A DNA stretch of 64,000 bases from Myxococcota bacterium (GTDB lineage Bacteria > Myxococcota_A > UBA9160 > JAFDDA01): assembly GCA_965228475.1 (NCBI GenBank), contig OZ245817.1, positions 1,696,001 to 1,760,000 on the forward strand. The letters run 5' to 3'. The notes under the pieces were generated by a model. The model saw only the letters and a program-made list of their open reading frames with translations, was not told where the DNA came from and made no database searches. Shown here piece by piece: positions 56,316-64,000 of the stretch (positions are counted from its first letter, which is position 1; each line of letters begins with the position of its first letter). The position numbers and the translations under genes were made by a program.

Positions 56316-56741
56316 ATGGACCTCGGAACCATCAGCGACATCGCCATCTCGGGCCTCCGGGCCCAGCGGGCCCGGATCGCCACCGGCGCCTCGAACATCG
56401 CCAACGCGGAGACCACGCGGACCGCCGAGGGGGGTCCCTACCAGCGGCGCGACCCGGTCTTCCAGACCGAGCGCGTGGGCGGCGCCTTCTCGGATCAGCT
56501 CGAACGCTCGCTCCGGGGGGTGGACGTGCCGCGCATCGTCGCCTCCCAGGGCGAGCCGATCGAACGCTTCCTGCCCGGTCACCCCGACGCCAACGAGGAA
56601 GGCATGGTCGCCTTCCCGGCCGTCAACGTGATCGAAGAGATGACGCGCGTGACGAGCGCCCAGCGAAGCTACGAAGCGAACCTCGCCGTGATGCGCAAAG
56701 TGCGCGCCATGGGTGACGCGACGATGCGGATCGGCCGCTAG
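56316..56741 (+). CDS. flgC: Proximal rod protein FlgC
   Basis: SGLRAQR, SNIANAETTRT, GPYQRR, PGHPDA, RSYEAN. Confidence 0.94.
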   Translation: MDLGTISDIAISGLRAQRARIATGASNIANAETTRTAEGGPYQRRDPVFQTERVGGAFSDQLERSLRGVDVPRIVASQGEPIERFLPGHPDANEEGMVAFPAVNVIEEMTRVTSAQRSYEANLAVMRKVRAMGDATMRIGR

Positions 56742-56743
56742 CC

Positions 56744-57049
56744 ATGGCGGACGGAGTCTCGGACGTGCGCATCACGACGCCCCAGATGATCGCGATGCCC
56801 AAGAGCCTCGAGGCCGCGGCCCAGGGTGACGAGGGCGGCTTCGCGAAGGTGCTCGGCGAGATGATCGGGCAGGCGGACAGCCTGCAGAAGAACGCCGAGA
56901 CGGAAGCTCGCGAGCTGGCGGCGGGGCGGGGCGACTCGCTCGCCGCCGTCACCGCAATCAGTCAGGCCGACCTCTCCCTGCGCTTCCTGATGGGGCTGCG
57001 CAATCGGGCCCTGGAAGCCTTCAACGAAATCATCCGGATGCCAATCTAA
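56744..57049 (+). CDS. fliE: Hook-basal body protein FliE
   Basis: RNRALEAFNEIIRMPI. Confidence 0.9.
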   Translation: MADGVSDVRITTPQMIAMPKSLEAAAQGDEGGFAKVLGEMIGQADSLQKNAETEARELAAGRGDSLAAVTAISQADLSLRFLMGLRNRALEAFNEIIRMPI

Positions 57050-58654
57050 ATGCCTGATTCCATGACGCAATTGTTGGCCCAGCTGCAGGGCATGTCGCCT
57101 GGGCGCCGGCTCATGCTGGCGGCCACGACGGTCGGCTCCCTGGCCTTCTTCGCCTGGCTCGCGCTCGGGACCACCCGCGCCGACCACTCGGTGCTCTACT
57201 CCGGCCTGGCCGAGGAAGAGGCCGCGCGTATCGTCGAGGTGCTCCAGAACGAGCGGGTCGAGTACCGCCTCGAAGCCGGCGGGAGCCGCATCACCGTTCC
57301 GGCGACCCAGGTGCCGGAGGCGCGCATGCGCATCGCCGCGAAGGGGCTCCCGAGCGGCGGCGGCTCGGGCTTCGAGCTCTTCGACGAGCAGGGCTTCGGC
57401 GTGACGGACTTCGTGCAGCGCGTGAACTATCGCCGCGCGCTCCAGGGCGAACTCCAGCGCAGCATCACGCAGATCGACGCGGTCTCGCGGGCGCGCGTGC
57501 AGATCGCCATGCCCGACCGCACGACCTTCGTTTCCGACCGCAAGCGGCGCTCGAGCGCCTCGGTGGTGGTGGAGCTCGAACCGGGCGCCCAGCTCGGGCA
57601 GGGCGAAGTGCAGGCGATCGTCCACCTGATGGCTTCGAGCGTCGAACGTCTCGATCCGGCCCACGTGACCGTGGTCGACCACCGCGGCCGCATGCTCGCA
57701 CCGACCGGCGAGGGAACGCCCGGGCCGAACGCGCCGAGCGGCGCCAACGCGCACCAGGCTTCCGTCGAGCGGGATCTCTCGGAGCGCGTGGAGACCCTGC
57801 TCGCCCGGACCGTCGGGCCGGGCCGGGTGATCGCGCGGGTTCGTGCCGAGCTCGACTGGACCCAGTCCGAGACCACGGAAGAGCGCTACGACCCGGAGGG
57901 GCAGGTCGCGCGAAGCGAGCAGCTCACGAAGGAGGAGAACAGCGACGGCGAGACCGGCGGCATCCCCGGTCTGCCCGCCGGCGACTTCAGCACGCCGGGC
58001 AACAGCTCGACGCGCACCGCCGAGACGATCAACTACGAGATCAGCAAGAGCGTGAGCCGGGTCGTGCGCCCCGTCGGGAGCGTGAAGCGCCTCCACGTCG
58101 CCGTCCTGATCGACGGCAAGCCCGTACCCGCCGCTCCCGCCGAAGGCACCGAGGGGGAAGGCGAGGGCGCGCCGGTCTTCACGCCCTGGGAGGCCGCGGA
58201 GCTCGAGCAGTTCGAACAGCTCGCGCGCCAGGCCGTGGGCTTCGACGAAGAACGCGGCGACGTGATCACCCTGACGAGCGCGCCCTTCCGCACCTTCGAT
58301 CTCGAAGAGGACGCGGGCGGCCCGATCTCGCCGGATCTCCTGCCGCTGGTCGGCATGGGGATCCGCTACCTGGGCCTGCTCGTCGCCCTGGTGCTCTTCG
58401 CGAAGCTCGTGATCTCGCCGCTGCTGAACGCCGCGGGGGAAACGAGCGCCGCACCGGTGAACCTGACCGTCGGCGACCTCGAGGCCCAGCTGGTCGGCGC
58501 CGCGGCCGGCGGAACCGCGGCCGGCGCACAGGCCGGGCCCGCCCTCGAAGGTCCGGTCGCCACGCCGAGCCTCGCAGAACAGGTGAGCGACGTGGCGCGG
58601 ACGCGGCGCGACGAGAGCGTCAAGGCCATCCAGAACTGGATCTCCGAGGGATGA
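57050..58654 (+). CDS. fliF: MS-ring protein FliF
   Basis: GFELFD, FGVTDF, RALQGEL.RSI, SASV, NYE, RLHVAVL. Confidence 0.95.
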   Translation: MPDSMTQLLAQLQGMSPGRRLMLAATTVGSLAFFAWLALGTTRADHSVLYSGLAEEEAARIVEVLQNERVEYRLEAGGSRITVPATQVPEARMRIAAKGLPSGGGSGFELFDEQGFGVTDFVQRVNYRRALQGELQRSITQIDAVSRARVQIAMPDRTTFVSDRKRRSSASVVVELEPGAQLGQGEVQAIVHLMASSVERLDPAHVTVVDHRGRMLAPTGEGTPGPNAPSGANAHQASVERDLSERVETLLARTVGPGRVIARVRAELDWTQSETTEERYDPEGQVARSEQLTKEENSDGETGGIPGLPAGDFSTPGNSSTRTAETINYEISKSVSRVVRPVGSVKRLHVAVLIDGKPVPAAPAEGTEGEGEGAPVFTPWEAAELEQFEQLARQAVGFDEERGDVITLTSAPFRTFDLEEDAGGPISPDLLPLVGMGIRYLGLLVALVLFAKLVISPLLNAAGETSAAPVNLTVGDLEAQLVGAAAGGTAAGAQAGPALEGPVATPSLAEQVSDVARTRRDESVKAIQNWISEG

Positions 58655-58692
58655 AACTGATGCGCGGCGCGCGCCGGGAAGAGGAGTAGCGG

Positions 58693-59694
58693 GTGCAGTT
58701 CGAAGCCCTGAGCGGGCCCGAGAAGAGTGCCGTCCTGATGCTGTCGCTCCCAGAGGAGACGGTGGAGGCGTTCCTCGCCCAGCTCTCGGATGCCGAGGTC
58801 GAGCGCGTGATGGCCGCCGTCTCGCGCATGGAGGAGGTCCCGGCGAACGTGCAGGAGACCGTCCTGCGCGAGTTCCACCAGGCCCTCGGTTCGAGCGAGA
58901 ACCGGGTGCTCGGCGGCCGGAGCCGCGCCATGGCGCTGATCCACGCCTCCCTCGAAGAAGGGCGCTCGAAGAAGATCCTCGAGAAGCTCGGCCGCGACGA
59001 GAAGCGGATCGACTGGACGCTGCGGGCCTTCGAGCCGCCCTACATCGCCGAGGTGCTCTCGGGCGAGCACCCGCAGACGATCGCCTTCGTACTCTCCCAG
59101 CTCCCCGCGGACCGCGGCGGAGCGGTGATCGCGGCCCTGCCCGAAGACATGCGGCCCGACGTCGTGATCCGCCTCGCGGAGCTCGAGGCCGTCAGCAACG
59201 AGGTGATCACGCTGATCGAGGAAGGCGTGGCGGAACTCTTCGGGCGTCCGATGGGCGCGCCGACGAAGGTCGGCGGCCACGATGCCGCGGCGCGTCTGCT
59301 GAACCAGGTCCCGAAGAGCGACGGCAGCGCGATCCTCGAGAGCGTGGATGGCCGCGATCCGAACATCGCGAGCGAGCTGCGCAAGCGCATGCTGACCTTC
59401 AACGACCTCGCGACCGTCGACAACCGCGGCTTCCAGAGCCTGCTGCGCGAGGTCTCGACCGAGGACCTGGTGATCGCCCTGAAGACGTCCTCCGAGGAGA
59501 TGAAGGAGAAGGTCTTCTCGAACGTGTCCTCGCGCGCGGCGGAGCAGATCAAGGAGGAGGCCGAGCTCCTCCCGCCCATGAAGCTCTCGGAAGTCGAGCA
59601 GGTCCAGATGCAGATCGTGGACGCGGCTCGGCGGCTCGAGGAAGAGGGCAAGCTGAACATCGATGCGGGAGGCGGTGAGGATGTCCTCGTCTAG
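58693..59694 (+). CDS. fliG: Motor switch protein FliG
   Basis: EKSAVL, EHPQTIA, MLTFNDL, NVSSRAA. Confidence 0.95.
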   Translation: MQFEALSGPEKSAVLMLSLPEETVEAFLAQLSDAEVERVMAAVSRMEEVPANVQETVLREFHQALGSSENRVLGGRSRAMALIHASLEEGRSKKILEKLGRDEKRIDWTLRAFEPPYIAEVLSGEHPQTIAFVLSQLPADRGGAVIAALPEDMRPDVVIRLAELEAVSNEVITLIEEGVAELFGRPMGAPTKVGGHDAAARLLNQVPKSDGSAILESVDGRDPNIASELRKRMLTFNDLATVDNRGFQSLLREVSTEDLVIALKTSSEEMKEKVFSNVSSRAAEQIKEEAELLPPMKLSEVEQVQMQIVDAARRLEEEGKLNIDAGGGEDVLV

Positions 59695-60472
59695 CGCCTT
59701 CGTGCCCACGCCGCTGGTCGCCGAACGGACGTTCCGTCCGCTGGCGGAGGCGGGGTTCGAGGCGGAGCCCGCGCCGAGCGCAGCGGCCGCCGGCCCCGCC
59801 GAGGAATCGTCTCCGACCGATGCGCCGATCGCGAGCCCCGAGGACTCGCCCGAGTACCAGCGAGGCCTCGAGGCGGGTCTCGCCCAGGGCCGTGAGGAAG
59901 GGGCGGAAGCCGCGCGCGCCGAGTTCCCGGCGGCGGAGGTCGAGCTGCTGCGGAGTGCCGGTCAGAGCCTCGAGGAGGCCGCGCGCGGGATGGGCGCTCT
60001 CGAGCGGGGCTACTGGGTCGAGAACCGCAAGATCGTCGTCGAACTCGCCCTGGCCCTGGCGCACCGGCTGCTCGGCCGCGAACTGGCTGCCGACCCGGAT
60101 GCGTTGGCCGGAATCGTCGAGCGGGCCCTCGAGGCGCTCGGGGACCGGCCACCCGTGACCCTGCGCGTGGCACCGGCGGTGGCCGAGGCCCTGGCCGACG
60201 GGCGCACCGCGAACCTCGCCGCGCTGGCCGAGGCGCACGGGTTCGTCGTCGAATCCGATGCACGCCTCGCGCCCGGGGACGCCCGCGTACTGGCCGAACG
60301 AACCGCCGTCGACGCGCGCGTGGCCGAGAGCCTGCGCCGCATCGGCGAAGAGCTTTCCGAAGCCGCGGAACAGGCTGCCATTCCGAGCCCGGGGAGCGAT
60401 CGAGACGCTGCTTCCGCAGGCGAAGACGGCACGGCACCCGAAGGTGGGCCGGACGAAGGGGGCCGCTCGTGA
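59681..60472 (+). CDS. fliH: Export apparatus protein FliH
   Basis: GxxxG repeats (RGLEAGLAQGREEG), C-terminal FliH domain; synteny. Confidence 0.85.
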   Translation: MSSSSAFVPTPLVAERTFRPLAEAGFEAEPAPSAAAAGPAEESSPTDAPIASPEDSPEYQRGLEAGLAQGREEGAEAARAEFPAAEVELLRSAGQSLEEAARGMGALERGYWVENRKIVVELALALAHRLLGRELAADPDALAGIVERALEALGDRPPVTLRVAPAVAEALADGRTANLAALAEAHGFVVESDARLAPGDARVLAERTAVDARVAESLRRIGEELSEAAEQAAIPSPGSDRDAASAGEDGTAPEGGPDEGGRS

Positions 60473-61830
60473 GCGCGGACCCCGCCTTCGCCGAAGCCTG
60501 CCGCGGACGGATCGCCGTGGCGGCGCCCGAGATCGCCGAGGGCCGCGTGCGCGGCCTCGTCGGCACCTTGATCGAAGGCGAAGGGCTCGCCGTCCCGGTG
60601 GGCGGGGTTTGCCGGGTGAAACCGGCGGACGGCTCCGCGGCCTTCGTGGCCGAGGTGGTCGGCTTCCGTGACGAACGCGTCCTGCTGATGCCGCTCGGTG
60701 AGCACCACGGCGTCGGGCCGGGTTCGAGGATCGAGGCCGACTCCGCGCGCGCGACGGTTCCGGCCGGCGACGCCTGCCTCGGCCGCGTGCTCGATGCGCT
60801 CGGCCGCCCCCTCGACGGCGGTCCGTCCCTCGAAGGGGCCGAGCCGGTTCCGCTCTATCGCGCGCCCGAGTCCGTGATGGCCCGGGAGCGGATCCACCAG
60901 CCTCTCGATCTCGGCGTCCGGGCGATCGACGCCTTCGCCACCGTGGGCCGCGGCGCCCGGATCGGCGTGTTCGCCGGCTCTGGCGTCGGAAAATCGACGC
61001 TGCTCGGGCAGATCGCCCGTCACACCCGGGCGGACGTCAACGTCATCGCCCTCGTCGGTGAGCGGGGCCGGGAGGTCCGCGACTTCATCGAGCGCGACCT
61101 CGGCTCGGCGCTCGAACGCTCCGTCGTGATCGTGGCGACGGCCGACGAGATGCCGCTCCTGCGGGTGCGCGCCGCGCACGCCGCCACCGCCATCGCCGAA
61201 CGGTTCCGCGACAGCGGCCGCCACGTGATGCTGATGATGGATTCGCTCACGCGCTTCTGCATGGCGCGGCGCGAGATCGGCCTGGCCGTGGGAGAGCCTC
61301 CGACGACCCGCGGCTACACCCCGTCGACCTGGAGCGAACTGCCGCGCCTGCTCGAACGCGCGGGAACGGCGCCGGGCGGCGCGAGCATCACGGGGATCTA
61401 CTCCGTCCTGGTCGAGGGCGACGACCCGAACGAACCCGTCGCCGACGCGGCCCGCGCCGCGCTCGACGGGCACATCAGCCTGACGCGCGAGCTCGCTCAC
61501 CGGGGTCACTTTCCCGCCATCGACGTTCTCTCGAGCGTGTCCCGCGTCATGACCGACGTGGTTCCCGACGCCCAGCAGAGCCTCGCGCGGGCCGGCCGAG
61601 AGGCCCTCGCGACGCTGCGCAAGCACGAAGACCTGATCGCCATCGGCGCCTACACCGAAGGCACCGACCCGGCCGTCGACCGCGCCCGCGCGCTCGAGGC
61701 GCCGCTGCGATCCTTCCTGATCCAGCGGCCCGAGGAGCCGAGCGACGTGGCGAGCGCTTCGGCGGATCTCGCCGCCGTGCTCTCGCCGTCGGCACCCGTG
61801 GCGCCGAAGCCCGCGGAGATGCCGTCGTGA
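60469..61830 (+). CDS. fliI: Flagellar export ATPase FliI
   Basis: FAGSGVGKST, GERGREV, MDSLTRF, GEPP, LDGHI. Confidence 0.95.
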   Translation: MSADPAFAEACRGRIAVAAPEIAEGRVRGLVGTLIEGEGLAVPVGGVCRVKPADGSAAFVAEVVGFRDERVLLMPLGEHHGVGPGSRIEADSARATVPAGDACLGRVLDALGRPLDGGPSLEGAEPVPLYRAPESVMARERIHQPLDLGVRAIDAFATVGRGARIGVFAGSGVGKSTLLGQIARHTRADVNVIALVGERGREVRDFIERDLGSALERSVVIVATADEMPLLRVRAAHAATAIAERFRDSGRHVMLMMDSLTRFCMARREIGLAVGEPPTTRGYTPSTWSELPRLLERAGTAPGGASITGIYSVLVEGDDPNEPVADAARAALDGHISLTRELAHRGHFPAIDVLSSVSRVMTDVVPDAQQSLARAGREALATLRKHEDLIAIGAYTEGTDPAVDRARALEAPLRSFLIQRPEEPSDVASASADLAAVLSPSAPVAPKPAEMPS

Positions 61831-62276
61831 AGGGCTTCCAGTTCCGACTCGAACCGGTGCTGCGGGTCCGGCGCCACGCGCTCGAGCAGTGCCGACTCGC
61901 CCTCGCGAAGGCGCGCCGCGCCCTGCGAGAGGCGCTCGCCACGCGCAGCGCCTGCGATGCCGTCCTGCGCGAGGCCCAGGCCATCTGCGCGGACCGGATG
62001 GCGCAGGGTCTGCCGGGCGGGGAGCTGCGCGAGCGACGCAATGCCCTGGCCCACGCGCTCGGAGAGCTCGCCCAGGCGGAGGCGGCGGCCGTGGCCGCCG
62101 AGCAGCAGGTCACGGCAGCGCTGGCGGCGGTGACCCACGCTCGCCGGGAGGTCCGTGCTCTCGAGATCCTTCGCGAAAAGGCACTCACCGAGTACCGGCG
62201 CGAAGCGGCGCGCCGTGAGCAGGCCGAGCTCGACGAGGTGGCATCGCGCGTCCGCGGGCTGGAGGCGGCATGGTGA
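61827..62276 (+). CDS. fliJ: Export chaperone FliJ
   Basis: FQFRLEPVL..R, EQAELDE. Confidence 0.88.
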   Translation: MKGFQFRLEPVLRVRRHALEQCRLALAKARRALREALATRSACDAVLREAQAICADRMAQGLPGGELRERRNALAHALGELAQAEAAAVAAEQQVTAALAAVTHARREVRALEILREKALTEYRREAARREQAELDEVASRVRGLEAAW

Positions 62277-62776
62277 AGACCGGCGTGGCCGGCATGCTCG
62301 CACTGTCGCTCCTCGTCGGAGCCGCCGGCGCGATCTCCGCCGAAGAAGGGGAGGGCCGTCTCGCCGGTCTGCTGGCCTCGCTTCGGGATCGAGAGGTCGA
62401 ACTCGATCGTCGAACCCGAGAACTCGACGAGCGGGAGCGGACCCTCGAGCAGCTCGAGGAGCGCGTGAACGGGCGTCTCGACGAGATCCGCACCATCCAG
62501 CGCGACGTCGAGGCGCGCATCCTCGAGTGGGAAGGGCAGGACGACGCGCGGATCAAGCGCCTCGCCAAGGTCTACGAGTCGATGCCGCCCGATAGCGTCG
62601 CGCCCCTGCTCGAGAACCTCGAGATCGACCTCGCGACCTCGATCGTGAGCCGCATGAAGGCCAAGAAGTCCGGCGCCGTTCTCGCGGTCATGGAGCGGGA
62701 AGAGGCGCTCGTCCTGAGCCGTCGCGTCGCGCGGCCCCTGGCACCGCGGCCCGAAGACGAAGAGGCGTCGCCGTGA
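62270..62776 (+). CDS. MotE/FlbB/YlxF-like protein (MgtE N-domain-like)
   Basis: Signal/TM, coiled coil, KRLAKVYESMPP..A, MKAKKSGAVLA. Confidence 0.8.
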   Translation: MVKTGVAGMLALSLLVGAAGAISAEEGEGRLAGLLASLRDREVELDRRTRELDERERTLEQLEERVNGRLDEIRTIQRDVEARILEWEGQDDARIKRLAKVYESMPPDSVAPLLENLEIDLATSIVSRMKAKKSGAVLAVMEREEALVLSRRVARPLAPRPEDEEASP

Positions 62777-64000
62777 ACGTCCCCGTCACCGCGATCCTCC
62801 CGGGCGTCGCACCGGGCCTGCCGCCCGCCGCGCAGAGTCTCGCGCAGGGCGTCGCGCCCTCCGCGTTCCTCGATACGCTCACCGGCGCGCTCGCTCGTGT
62901 GCCCGAGACGCGGTCGACCGCTTTGGATCGTCTCGTGGCCCAGCTCGACCGCGAAGCGCCGCGGACCGAGCTCGCGGGCCTCGCCGAAGGCCTCGCGCAC
63001 CCGGCGCTTCCGCAGCTCGTCGCTTCCCTCGTCGGCGCGGAAGGCCGCGCCGCGCGGCTCGCCGAAGCGCTTCCGAGCCCGTCGCCGGTTCCGGGCGGAG
63101 CACCCGCTCCCCAGGCGAACCCGGGTGGCGTCTCGGCCGGTGCCAACGCGGCACCCGCCTTGCCCGTCGACGTGGCGCGCGCCCTCGCCGCCTCCGATGC
63201 GGCGGCGGCTCCCGACGGTCGCCCCGTCGATCCGGCCGGCGCCGCGCCGGCAGACCGTGCCTTGCGAGGCGCTCCCGCGGCCCCGACCCCGGTTCCCGGC
63301 GCTTCGCCCGAGGCTTCCCTGCAGAGCGCTGCCAGCCCGCGAGCCGAGGCCGTGACGGCCGAGGCGCCGCGTGAAGTCGCCGCCGAGGCGCTCCGCAACC
63401 TGGCCAGATCCGCGCGCGGTGAGGGCACCGAAACGCGCCTTGCGAACGAGCGCGTCGAGCCCGCTCCCGCGCAGCCCGCCGGACGCGAGGCCGGCCCGGC
63501 GACGGAGGGTCGGCCGGAGTCGGCCCCCGACGCCGACGGCCGTGCCCGTGACGATTCCGGTTCGCGCTTCCGGGAGGACACCGGCTCCCGCTTCCGCGAC
63601 GACCCCGGCGCGCGCTTCCGAAACGATCCTGCTGCCGCGTTCCGGAACGACCCGGGTGCCGCATTCCGTGACGACCCGGGCGCACGACTCCGCCTGGAAG
63701 GCACCGCACGCATCGGCTCCGAAGGGGCCGCTCGCCTCCCGGACCCGGCGGCGCTGACCCCGCGCGATGCACTCGGCCGTCCGGTTCCCGCGGAGATCGC
63801 CGGAGGGGTGCCCGCTTCTCCCTCCGCTGACGGCGTCCAGAACTCCGCCGCGACGGCGCCCGGCCGGGAGGCCGTGCCCGTCTCCCGAGCGACCGAAGCC
63901 ATGGCCGCCCACGTCCAACGCCTTGCGAACGCCGAGGGCGGAACGGCACGCATCCGCCTGCATCCGCAGAGCCTCGGGGAGCTCCATCTCCAGGTCCGCG
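62773..64000 (+). CDS. fliK: Hook-length control protein FliK (partial, runs off the window)
   Basis: GTG at 62773 overlaps the upstream stop; Ala/Pro-rich open frame ending GGTARIRLHPQSLGELHLQVR (FliK C-domain); not in the ORF track. Confidence 0.85.
   Translation, partial: MNVPVTAILPGVAPGLPPAAQSLAQGVAPSAFLDTLTGALARVPETRSTALDRLVAQLDREAPRTELAGLAEGLAHPALPQLVASLVGAEGRAARLAEALPSPSPVPGGAPAPQANPGGVSAGANAAPALPVDVARALAASDAAAAPDGRPVDPAGAAPADRALRGAPAAPTPVPGASPEASLQSAASPRAEAVTAEAPREVAAEALRNLARSARGEGTETRLANERVEPAPAQPAGREAGPATEGRPESAPDADGRARDDSGSRFREDTGSRFRDDPGARFRNDPAAAFRNDPGAAFRDDPGARLRLEGTARIGSEGAARLPDPAALTPRDALGRPVPAEIAGGVPASPSADGVQNSAATAPGREAVPVSRATEAMAAHVQRLANAEGGTARIRLHPQSLGELHLQVR
63547..63690 (+). 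repeat. 6 x 24-nt imperfect coding tandem repeat in fliK
   Basis: RDDSGSRF REDTGSRF RDDPGARF RNDPAAAF RNDPGAAF RDDPGARL. Confidence 0.85.

Noticed and set aside
63547..63690. 24-nt repeats as CRISPR-like array
   Set aside because: Contiguous, degenerate at synonymous positions and in frame with fliK
62773..64000. Absence of flgD/flgE and chemotaxis genes
   Set aside because: flgD/flgE usually follow fliK, which is cut by the window edge, so no loss can be inferred

Overview
Very GC-rich bacterial DNA. The gene order (fliLMNOPQR-flhBAF-flhG; flgFGAHIJ-flgNKL-csrA-fliW; PilZ-TPR-sigma54 activator-flgBC-fliEFGHIJ-motE-fliK) resembles deltaproteobacterial/Myxococcota-type flagellar loci; this taxonomic placement is inference. 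About 54 kb (10.4-64 kb) is a near-complete flagellar supercluster. It has two stator pairs, one short flagellin and a pseudaminic-acid-type flagellin glycosylation island (pseB, pseC, a GH57-like protein, maf, pseF, pseG, pseI). The first 10 kb holds a histone-like basic protein, a PilT-family ATPase with a His-less kinase, and several accessory genes. The most unusual signal is regulatory. fliA and flgM are missing from their usual slots, and an HDOD gene follows flhG. Seven sigma54 -24/-12 motifs precede flagellin, rod, glycosylation and other genes, sharing a palindromic upstream motif. Sigma28-like motifs instead precede the stators, pilT, the histone-like gene and a kinase/sigma54-activator pair. 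The activator before flgB and its partner kinase both lack their phosphorylation residues. The flagellin leader folds into several GGA-loop hairpins. No rRNA, tRNA, CRISPR array or mobile element was seen. All calls come from reading motifs by eye, without database searches.
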